Shown: piece after piece, positions 30,381 through 40,227 of the stretch
Layout: each line of letters opens with the position of its first letter
Position numbering within the stretch: position 1 is the stretch's first letter
Source: Macrostomum hystrix
Taxonomy: Eukaryota > Animalia > Platyhelminthes
DNA length: 64,000 bases
Direction: 5' to 3'
Assembly (NCBI GenBank): GCA_950097015.1
Contig: CATNEN010000039.1
Span: 2,914,001 to 2,978,000, forward strand
Position numbers and translations under genes: made by a program
Notes under the pieces: generated by a model
What the model saw: the letters and a program-made list of their open reading frames with translations, nothing else
Database searches by the model: none
What the model was told of the DNA's origin: nothing

Positions 30381-31590
30381 TTAGCACCATCCTTCTCCAA
30401 AGTTGCGATTGGGTTGCGCGACAGTCTCGTTGGTCTCTGATTCACGGCATTCGATTGCAAGCACCTTTGACGTAGTAGTCTCGTGGTGCAAACCTGCCGT
30501 GAGACTGTGAGAAACCTGGATCTTCCTCTTCTCAGAGATGCGTGTACCGGCCGACGGATTCATCGCGGCGATGGCCTACAAATAAGCGGGAGAATAAATA
30601 TAGGATCTTAAGTTATGTAAAATACGATACATTTTTTCATATTTAGCGCGCTACTGACCTGTAACAGCCTTGATTTCTTCCATGGAATGACCAGCTTCAG
30701 CCAGGTTCGTCACGGTCGTAGTTCTGACGCAATGGTTGGTGTAGACTCGGCTCAGTCCGTCACGCTCAGAAATTTTCTTCATTATCTCTTTTAGCATGTT
30801 CTTGCCAAGAACGCAGGTTGAGGAGTACCAATTTTCTGATCCAGGTTTGATCTTGAGAGGTTTCGGAAAAAGCACACTGACCTGCTGCGGAACCTTAGAT
30901 AGGTACATCTCCACGGCTGCAACAGGGCATCGGGCATCGTCGGTTGCGAAAAGACGAATCTGTTTGCCGTCTGTCCAATCCCTCTCGGTGATGCTTTTCT
31001 CAGCTCCATCCTTGACCAGATCGATACACTTGACGCCGTTCTCTGACGAGACAATCGGGTCTGACTTCTTCAGAGCTCGGATCGACTCTCTGCCACGGAA
31101 GCCAAAGTGGTACATAACCAAAAAGAAGATCTCATCTTGAAGCTTCTGCGGATTACTTTTATCAAAGTACCCGCACAGCTTGTCCATATCGCTAGCGGTG
31201 ATAGCCCGATACCCAAAGCTGTCGCCAATTGTCCGCTTGCGATGCTTGCAGCTCAAACGCAGCATGCCGTTGTACGTTTGATTACTACGGCGAAATACGA
31301 GAAACGTGCAGTTTCGTCTGGGCCACGGTTGCGGCAGATTTGGAGTCCTCCTCCACCTTTGAAATCAAGGCCAAATCAGCTTGATTCAGCTCCACCGTTG
31401 TTGTTTCCATGCTAGTGACCTCCTCGGAGTCTAGCTCAGTCAAAAATTTATCCAGAAATTCACTGTCCTCCAGTGAAACTCCAGTGTATTGGTTGATTAC
31501 GCCAGGCGCATCTGGGCTCATCGACAACTCATCTTCCTGCCGTTCGAGCCCGGCGATTTCTCCCTCGGCAATTCTTGCTAAATTTATCAT
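30381..31590 (-). pseudogene. Crypton (DUF3504/KCTD1-ZMYM-type) tyrosine recombinase, disrupted, with an 83-bp intron
   Basis: PQKLQDEIFF..FGFRGRE (R), CPV..EMYLSK, LGKNML, YTNHCVRTT (HxxR), then VTG|HRRDESVGRY (H, Y) across a GT-AG intron at 30658-30576. Frame breaks near 31285 and 30543. The element probably spans ~29870-32075. Confidence 0.85.
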
Positions 31591-32607
31591 GTTGGCTTGC
31601 AAAGCGAGCAGAAGAACTGCGAAGACTTGAATGATTGTTAAATGAGAATGAAAATCAGAACTGAAAGAGCTCAGATAACAAGATTCAGATTCTCGAAAAA
31701 CTTGTCTATGGCTTCGCCCCCTCACCCAATTTGTACTCAGCCTCGCAGCGGGCCGAAATACAATATGTCGAATAGGCGCCCGAGTATTTTTCAATGACGC
31801 CCGCAAAGCTTGGGTATCAATTTTATTGTACCATAGACGTTTTTGCCACTTCGGGGTGCCATAGACATTTAGCCTCAGTAAGCCATTCCTATTGGTCGAT
31901 GCCTTTTTGCGGGTGGTTAATGGCTATTAACTGCCCGCAAGAAAATTACCGAGCATTAATTCATCTATGGCCATTAACGGGCAAGACTTTCTGCCCGCCG
32001 GGCAAAAGGTTCATGGTACAATATGGATACATAGACATATCTATATATTGTGTGGTCGGGCCAATATTTCCTCGGCATTCTAGTTTGCATCGGTACTTAC
32101 TCTTGTAATTGGGCTCGTCCTTGGCATAGTAACATCCTGGAGAGACGATCGGAAACATTTTTATTGAGAATTTATGTTTCGGGGATGGGCACCCTAGTTT
32201 TGGGATCTTGAGTTTTGGATTGGGATTTTGGCGCTAATTTGATTGTCTTGGCATACTTTTTGCAGGGCTGGGAGGCTGGAATATGGAGACAGATTTTGTG
32301 ATAGGCAGGTACCCTTTTTCCTGATCTCTTTGGGAATAATAAAGTTAACATGGAGGCTGCGATGATGTTTGTCCTAGAAAACGATACTCACAGAATATAA
32401 CTCGTAATGATTGTGACCCATTTTAAGTACATATTGTGGAATATGTACTTGATTAAATAAAATAGAAAATTTATAATTTAGAGACGGATTTTTGGAGATG
32501 GGAGGACCCTTTTTTCCTGATCTCTTCGGCAATAGTAAAGCTAATATAATGTGTATTATGGAGACTGCGAAAACGTTTGTCCCTGATAGCCCCTCTTGCA
32601 TACTACT

Positions 32608-33920
32608 CTCCTCCCCTCCCTGCATCTTCTCCCTGCATCTCCTCCCCTTCCTGCATCTCCTCCCCTTCCTGCATCTCCTCCCCTTCCTGCATCTCCTCCC
32701 CTTCCTGCATCTTCTCCCCTTCCTGCATCTTCTCCCTGCATCTCCTCCCCTTCCTGCATCTCCTCCCCTTCCTGCATCTCCTCCCCTTCCTGCATCTCCT
32801 CCCCTTCCTGCATCTCCTCCCCTTCCTGCATCTCCTCCCCTTCCTGCATCTCCTCCCCTTCCTGCATCTCCTCCCCTTCCTGCATCTCCTCCCCTTCCTG
32901 CATCTTCTCCCTGCATCTCCTCCCCTCCCTGCATCTCCTCCCCTCCCTGCATCTCCTCCCCTCCCTGCATCTTCTCCCCTCCCTGCATCTTCTCCCCTCC
33001 CTGCATCTCCTCCCCTCCCTGCATCTTCTCCCCTCCCTGCATCTCCTCCCCTCCCTGCATCTTCTCCCCTCCCTGCATCTCCTCCCCTTCGTACATCTCC
33101 TTCCCTCCCTGCATCTCCTCCCCTTCCTGCATCTTCTCCCCTCCCTGCATCTTCTCCCCTCCCTGTATCTCCTCCCCTCGCTGCATCTCCTCCTCTTCCT
33201 GCATCTTCTCCCTGCATCTCCTCATCTCCCTGCATCTCCTTCTCTCCCTGCATCTCCTCCCCTCCCTGCATCTCCTCCCCTTCGTACATCTCCTTCCCTC
33301 CCTGCATCTCCTCCCCTTCCTGCATCTTCTCCCCTCCCTGCATCTTCTCCCCTCCCTGTATCTCCTCCCCTCGCTGCATCTCCTCCTCTTCCTGCATCTT
33401 CTCCCTGCATCTCCTCATCTCCCTGCATCTCCTTCTCTCCCTGCATCTCCTCCCCTCCCTGCATCTCCTCCCCTTCCTGCATCTCCTTCTCTCCCTGCAT
33501 TTCCTTCCCTCCCTGCATCTCCTCCCCTTCCTGCATCTCCTTCTCTCCCTGCATCTCCTCCCCTCCCTGCATCTCCTCCCCTTCGTACATCTCCTTCCCT
33601 CCCTGCATCTCCTCCCCTTCCTGCATCTTCTCCCCTCCCTGCATCTTCTCCCCTCCCTGTATCTCCTCCCCTCGCTGCATCTCCTCCTCTTCCTGCATCT
33701 TCTCCCTGCATCTCCTCATCTCCCTGCATCTCCTTCTCTCCCTGCATCTCCTCCCCTCCCTGCATCTCCTCCCCTTCCTGCATCTCCTTCTCTCCCTGCA
33801 TTTCCTTCCCTCCCTGCATCTCCTCCCCTTCCTGCATCTCCTTCCCTCCCTGCATCTCCTTCCCTCCCTGCATCTCCTTCCCTCCCTGCATCTCCTTCTC
33901 TCCCTGCATCTCCTCATCTC
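32608..33920. repeat. Right part of the 18-bp C-rich minisatellite, with higher-order repeats
   Basis: Tandem CCTGCATCTCCTCCCCT(T/C) units; a variant block (cgtacatc..gtatctc..cgctgc) recurs three times. Confidence 0.95.
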
Positions 33921-34689
33921 TCTGTAAGCAATCCAATCTCCCTACGCCCTGTCCCCCGCGAACCAATTCTGTTCTTCTGTACTTTCACCTGCATCATTTT
34001 GCCAGTTCACACCTGTCTCTGTGAAATGATTTGGTCTCGCTGAGTCCAAGCTCATGGCCTAGAAAGTAAAATTCTGCTCAAAATGTAATTCAAGCAAGCA
34101 CTCATGGCAGGCAGTTAAACCTACTAGCTGAAGCAGTTAAAGCGGTATTATCTCATGGCAATCAAGTGAAGTGTCTGTACCCCAGTTGTCTCGGGGCTAA
34201 AAATGTTTCCTTAAAACCAGATTCTTGTCCTCGCCAGATTGAAGAGAACTTTGAGCTTGAGTAAGCGGACCCGATTGAACGCAAATGAATTCTATGTCTT
34301 AGGCAGCACTCAGAGTGGCACTGCAAGTACTTATTAGCTGACGGGTGTCTTTAGCGACTGTTTTCTAAAGGCGTTTGCCTTTTAGCTGCCCCTGCTGCTG
34401 CTGCTGCCTGCATGACAACTGCCACTTTTCAACAGCTGTTTATTCTTGTCCCTTCTTCGAAAGCTAAATACACTCGTAGAAACTTGAGCACTGCTTCATT
34501 ATAGCTTTCTCTGAACAATATCTTAGTACCTCTGAGCTGCACCATGGTATAGTAGAACTGTCACAAAGGTTTGCCGTACATTCGTGAAATGTTGACAGTC
34601 GCAAAGCTCAATCCACTTAAAAATTGATGCGAACTCACCGATGTTGTCGACGTTTTCGTTTTACATTCCTAGAAACTATTCGGTTTTTC

Positions 34690-34935
34690 ACGAAACCATT
34701 CTGTTTTCCATGTAACCATTCTTTTTTCCACGAAACTATTCTGCTTTCCTAGAAACCACTGTGCTTTCCTAGAAACCACTGTGCTTTCCTAGAAACCACT
34801 GTGCTTTCCTAGAAACCGCTGTGCTTTCCTAGAAACCACTGTGCTTTCCTAGAAACCACTGTGCCTTCCTTAAACCACTGTGCTTTCCAAAAAACCACAG
34901 CGCTTTCCTAGAAACCATTTTACTTTCCAAGAAAC
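34690..34935. repeat. 20-bp minisatellite (GCTTTCCTAGAAACCACTGT)
   Basis: Homogeneous core with degenerate edges. Confidence 0.9.
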
Positions 34936-35440
34936 CTAGACAATGACTTAAAAAATACTATGGATTTGTCGAAAAATCAAAGCCGTTTTTTTCAAGATAG
35001 TTTAACAAATTCACAATAAGTCCCCCGTATGCTTTCCTTACAATGATTTCCAAGAAATCGCAGCCGAGGCCTTCACTCCGCACCTATGATATCCGGTAAA
35101 TCTAGAAGTCCATTTAAAGTGCTCTGGCAATTAAAAGTGAGATATTTCTTTGTGCTTCCCCACCTAAAAAGGCGCTGTTCTTCCGTAGCCCACCAGCGAA
35201 GTGAAGTGAGCACTCTCACATCGTGGGGGCGTGGCAATCGATCGTGATCGCTCATGAGATAATGGGACGCTCATCGATTTCGAAGGTGCGAACGTGCCAT
35301 TTGTTTGTCATTGCGATGAGGCGCTAATTGGTAAGTCACACTGGAGTCTGATTCCTTATCTCTTATTAGATAAGCGGTGAAATCACCGACCAGAGCAAAT
35401 GGGGGAAAGAGAGTGACACAAAGTGGAGGAGGCCCGCCAG

Positions 35441-35692
35441 CCAATGAGAGCGCGGGACGAGCCAGGCGTGGCAGACAGATGCTGGTATATTAGAAGTGCA
35501 TTTTCTGTCTGCACTACGGTCTCCCCAACATTTTTAGATAGTCGAAAAATTCATTTCGGACCGCTCGGCAGATAATAGTTTTCAATTAACCTTTTCCCAT
35601 TCGGACCGATGCTCCGCGGCAGATCTCGCCGGTTCTGAGGTCTGCTGTCGCCAGGCATCTTTGGCGAAGGTTTTCAGAACTTTCAGTCAACG
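35441..35692 (+). promoter_or_regulatory. Putative promoter and 5'UTR exon of the DEG/ENaC gene
   Basis: CCAAT at 35441, TATATTAG at 35486, donor CG|GTGAGC at 35693 and acceptor CCCCTTGCAG ending 36327 just before the ATG. Motif inference only. Confidence 0.35.
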
Positions 35693-36337
35693 GTGAGCAG
35701 AATGCAGCCTCTAGCTTTTAATTTAGCCCCCATCCTGACCCATCCCATGCCAACACCTGTGATGGATCGCTGCAGTCAACCGCTTGCCTCCTACCTGTTC
35801 AGCCATATATTAGGTCGCACACGGGAAAGCTACTGTTAATATTGAATAATTCTCTAAGCAAGCTGTCGATACAGGAACCGGGGCTACCGGCAGCAGCCCC
35901 TAGTAGAAGCTTGTCCCTTCGTAGCTGCAGCTTATTCTCTAAGCGAACACACGAAGCTTCTGCATAGAATAACTCTCGGCTGCACTTTTAAAGGCTTCTT
36001 GTGTCTGATGGCTGTGTTTGGGATTAATGCTAAAATAGAAAGGAAGTGAATGATGAGGCACCGTACGCTTGGATTGGAGCGCATTGTTAAGTCTAGAGTG
36101 AACCCTGCAACCCGGATGCATTTCGAATCCTTTAAAACGATGAGTCATTTTCAATCAGCCGAGTCTCCGCTGAGGAACTGCAAACCTGAGGAATTCGTGC
36201 CACTGAACCCTGAACATTAGACTAACCCGGCCTTGCTCGCCTACACAAACGGAACTGAAATCGCCTTAGGCACCTGGCTTGGTTCTGAAAGTCGGATTTA
36301 ATACAGTCCTTCTGCATCCCCTTGCAGAAATCAAGGG

Positions 36338-38224
36338 ATGACCACGCTGTTCGACTTTGACCCTGCCATGGAAATGAGCCAGCAGCAGCAGCATCAGCAG
36401 TTGAAGGAGCCGCTGAATGCTGATCTGGAGACCGCGGCACCGAAGAGGCCCTGCAGCCAGCCGGCGAAGCGCATCGCCCAGGTGAATGCGGCCTTCCAGG
36501 AGAATGCCATCCCGGCCATCCGCAAACTGGCCCGCTCTGGCGACAACTGCCACCGAGTGTTCTGGGCTGTGGTGTTCCTGGCCACCTTCACCGGCTTCGT
36601 CATCCACCTGGCCTCCATCACCATCCGGTACCGATCCACTCCGGTGTCCACGGAGACTCGCGTCGAGCGCGTGGACCGTATGCCGTCCATCCTGCTGTGC
36701 CCGCAGAACTACCTCAGCGGCACTCGAATTCGGGCCATGCTGAAGACGCCGAATCCGCGGCTGCAGAACATCACCTTTGACAATATCTACAATGAGATCC
36801 TGCCGATGTTCTGGAACTTTATCTATAAAGTGCGCGACACGGCTGTGGACCGCAAGATGGTCGGCATGAAGATCAAGAACAACTTCCTGTGGTACCTCAT
36901 TCACGTTTGGCGGGAGCGCGGCCAGATCCAGCACGAGAAGCAGGACGTCTTCGTCCACATCGGACTGCAGGACGACGAAGAGCCGACAATGAAGGACATT
37001 GGTACCACGTTTGACAGCCAGCGGAATCGCTGCTTCTCCTGGGAGCCCGCGGATCACGGCACCAGCCCGCTGACCGCAGTGCTGAACGTGCCCGACGGGT
37101 GGTATTTCTACGCGGAGCAGGATGCCTTCGAACTGGTGTCAGACAGCGGTCTCTGGCTGTACATATGCTTCAACGAGTCCTTCGGCTGCCACGACAGCAT
37201 TCGCTACTTCCTTCGCACCGGGCACTACACCAAAATCGACCTCCGCAAAATGGTCGTCTCCCAGCTGCCGGTGGTGTCGGACAACAAAACCAGCTGCATC
37301 GCGGGCAACAAGTTCTACTCGATCAAGGAGGACCTGTTTGTGGCGAACAGCGCCACGCTGAAGGTGGCCTACACCTCAGCCCTGTGCTCCGATGTCACTC
37401 TGCAACGGCAAATCTACGAGCGCTGCGGCTGCATGAGTGCCCTGCTGCCTACCGAGATCGAGCTGTACGACGCTGCGCTGGGCAGACTGGGCGACACGCG
37501 CGAGTTGTTCTGCAGCCTGCCGCCTGACGAGGCCTTCACGCACCAGCAGTTTCCGCGGGACTGCCGGGACGATCCGCAGAACGACAGCGCCTGCATGGTG
37601 ACGGGTCTCGACGGCGTCTCCGCGATACCGTTCAGCCAGCTGCTGAAGCACAAAGCCATCGCGAAGTTCCTTGAACGCGACGAATGCCATGACGACCAAT
37701 TCCGCGAGCGGGCGCCGGTGGAAAAGTGCCCCAAAGTGTGCCGCCGCGAGCAGTTTTCCTCCGTGCACTCCATCGTGCCGTGGCCGGAGTCCCAGCTGTC
37801 CAGGAAGCATCCGAGCACCTTCGCAAGAATCTTCGTCAACACCATTAAGCCATTCGTTGACAAGGCCATCGCCCAGCTGAATGATACGAGCGTCGGAGCG
37901 CGGGTTCTCGAGACCATGCGGTCCGCTTTCCTCAGCGGCATGAACTTTAGCAACCCCCAGCCGAAGCCGCTGTACGAGGCGGGCCTGCAGTACATGCAGG
38001 AACGGCTGCTGCTGCTGGAGATCGGCTACGCGTCCGCAGACATGCAGGTGATGTCCGAGTCAGAGTCCTACCCGCTCAAGTCCTTCCTCAGCGACATCGG
38101 CGGCATCATGGGCCTGTGGATCGGCATGGCCATAGTCAGCATCTGCGAGTTCCTGCTGATATTCGGCCGGCTTGTGTACTTTATCGGGCACAAGTGCGTC
38201 AAGCATAGGCAGCGAAAGACTTAA
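36338..38224 (+). CDS. DEG/ENaC (amiloride-sensitive Na+ channel) family subunit, 628 aa, intronless CDS
   Basis: TM1 RVFWAVVFLA..Y..PVST, MPSILLCPQN, Cys-rich thumb (YTSALC..C.C..CPKVC), pre-TM2/TM2 ESYPLKSFLSDIGGIMGLWIG..SICEF; strong GC3 bias. Confidence 0.93.
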   Translation: MTTLFDFDPAMEMSQQQQHQQLKEPLNADLETAAPKRPCSQPAKRIAQVNAAFQENAIPAIRKLARSGDNCHRVFWAVVFLATFTGFVIHLASITIRYRSTPVSTETRVERVDRMPSILLCPQNYLSGTRIRAMLKTPNPRLQNITFDNIYNEILPMFWNFIYKVRDTAVDRKMVGMKIKNNFLWYLIHVWRERGQIQHEKQDVFVHIGLQDDEEPTMKDIGTTFDSQRNRCFSWEPADHGTSPLTAVLNVPDGWYFYAEQDAFELVSDSGLWLYICFNESFGCHDSIRYFLRTGHYTKIDLRKMVVSQLPVVSDNKTSCIAGNKFYSIKEDLFVANSATLKVAYTSALCSDVTLQRQIYERCGCMSALLPTEIELYDAALGRLGDTRELFCSLPPDEAFTHQQFPRDCRDDPQNDSACMVTGLDGVSAIPFSQLLKHKAIAKFLERDECHDDQFRERAPVEKCPKVCRREQFSSVHSIVPWPESQLSRKHPSTFARIFVNTIKPFVDKAIAQLNDTSVGARVLETMRSAFLSGMNFSNPQPKPLYEAGLQYMQERLLLLEIGYASADMQVMSESESYPLKSFLSDIGGIMGLWIGMAIVSICEFLLIFGRLVYFIGHKCVKHRQRKT

Positions 38225-38596
38225 TCGAGACCTGACAAGGCCAATCTGGCTGGCTATGCGTGTTGTCCACTCGCGTGTCTGTGTCTTTTCTGCAACCGAA
38301 GCTATGTGATATGGGCCCGGCAGCAGTCAATCGACGATCTGTTAAGTGCGTTTTATGATGGGGACTTTACGGCTGGCTGAACTCACCGGGACTTCTGTGA
38401 GCAAGTCTTACTCCCCGCACCGTGTCAGTGTCTTAAAAAGCGCCATTATTGTCCGTCTCGGCTCTCCTAGTCGTTTATTGATATTTTCTTGAAGTCCCTT
38501 CCCGGCTGCTTCTCAAGTATTGTTTTCCTACGAGTCGTATTTAATACCCCATGCGTCGCCAGATGCTCTCGCAATGTCCAGGTCAACACTCAGTGA

Positions 38597-38830
38597 AAAT
38601 AGGTGACAGTAGAAAGACCAAGCTCCCCCCTTGACAAAGAATACCAGGGGATTTCAAATACCCGCTGCCTACTTCACGATAGCTCCCAAACCTGATGACC
38701 GATTTTCGTGAAACTCCACCAATTGTAGGCCGTGTTTTGGATTTTCAAAAATAAAAAAAAATTATGTATTTAATATACCCGTGGTGTTTCTATTGTTAAG
38801 AAGGTACTGCTAATCTACTGTCACATTATT
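38597..38830. mobile_element. Possible MITE / dispersed repeat
   Basis: Inverted ends GTGACAGTAGA / TCTACTGTCAC. The internal 38651-38721 recurs inverted, with a 14-bp deletion, at 52921-52976. Confidence 0.45.
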
Positions 38831-39000
38831 CAATGCTTTTGCAGGGGTCCCATGCAAACTTTTTTCTTGCTTTCGTAGGTGTTTGTTAAAATATTGCCAA
38901 TGCGATTATCATCATTGGGTTACAACCCACCCTATCTCGCCTTTGTAAGCTTGTAGCTCGCATGAGCATTTGTTAGACCAACCCTGCTGACTTTCACGTC

Positions 39001-39395
39001 CGTGTGGTTCTGTGGTACTCAGATTGTGTCTGTGTGGTTCTTTGGTACTCAGATTGTGTCTGTGTGGTTCTGTGGTACTCATATTGTGTCTGTGTGGTTC
39101 TGTGGTACTCAGATTGTGTCTGTGTGGTTCTGTGGTACTCAGATTGTGTCTGTGTGGTTCTGTGGTACTCAGATTGTGCCTGTGTGGTTCTGTGGTACTC
39201 AGATTGTGCCTGTGTGGTTCTGTGGTACTCAGATTGTGTCTATGTGGCTCTGGTACTCAGATTGGGTCTGTGTGGTCTTCTGTCTGTTACTCTGGTACTC
39301 AGATTGGGTCTGTGGTCTTCTGTCTGTTACTCTGGTACTCAGATTGGGTCTGTGTGGTCTTCTGTACTTTTAGGTCTAGTACTCTGGTACTCAGA
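39001..39395. repeat. 30-bp minisatellite (GTGTGGTTCTGTGGTACTCAGATTGTGTCT) grading into a longer variant
   Basis: Tandem periodicity. Confidence 0.93.
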
Positions 39396-40227
39396 TCCCC
39401 GTCCGAAGTCATGCAACGCTAAAAGATAAAATACTAAAACGACAAAGGCGTTTTCTTATTATTTGCCTCGCATGTTGTGGACCTGCTTCTGTAAGCAGAT
39501 CTTATTAAAGTTAATTTTTCTGCCTGCTGCTTTGGCGCCACTGTGTACACAACTTTTCCGTATCTTAGCTTGATTTTCTGCTTTGTATGAATATAAAAAA
39601 TCAATTGGTAAAATACAATGAGAAAAAAAGCCTTTTGCAAAAACTATACTTGATTCTATAGTAAAAATCAATAAGGGCATGTATTTGATAAAGGCCAACC
39701 TTCAGGTGAATCGGTCATGCTTGAAGAGCCGTCTTACCTGTTGGAGATCGCAATGGTTCAAGGGCCACCAGCGCATTGTCTGGCGGCTTGCTCTGTGATC
39801 ACATCATATTTATTCATTCACGAGTGTGATTAATGCATCGAGGAACACGGATAAAGCTTCGTGGGTCTCGACGGGTGACGGGTGGGGGGGCAAAAGTTTG
39901 AAGCTGAGGTTCAATGCAGTTTTAGCTGGGACATTGTGGCCACCCCCCATCCGGCCGTTGCCACTCGAAATGCCCCCAGCGGTGAAGCAGCTGGTTCAGC
40001 GGATCTATCTGGCGCTCCTTTTTCCTATTGATGCTTCCCTTTTCCGGAAAAAGTGCTTAGAAATTTTTGTCTGGCTCCAGTTCCACGCACAGCTTTCAAG
40101 TGGTCAGGCAATGGGAGTTTGCACTTTTTTCAACTCTGTAATTCAGGTAATAAAATCAGTGAATCTTACTCGACTTTGCAGGGCACTCGAATACTCAAAA
40201 ATAGATTGGGAGAGATTGCAGCTTTCA

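Larger units (their letters stand above)
27845..32607. mobile_element. Non-autonomous Polinton/Maverick-like element (4763 bp) with nested insertions
   Basis: Imperfect TIRs at 27845-28150 and 32310-32607, beginning AGTAGTATGCAAGAGG and ending CCTCTTGCATACTACT. 6-bp direct repeat CTCCTC at 27839-27844 and 32608-32613. A pPolB-like remnant lies inside the left TIR. Confidence 0.8.

Noticed and set aside
32374-34043. Pro-rich and Gly/Glu-rich ORFs
   Set aside because: 18-bp repeat translations; the same applies to ORFs at 44028-45302, 56855-57836 and 60246-62181.
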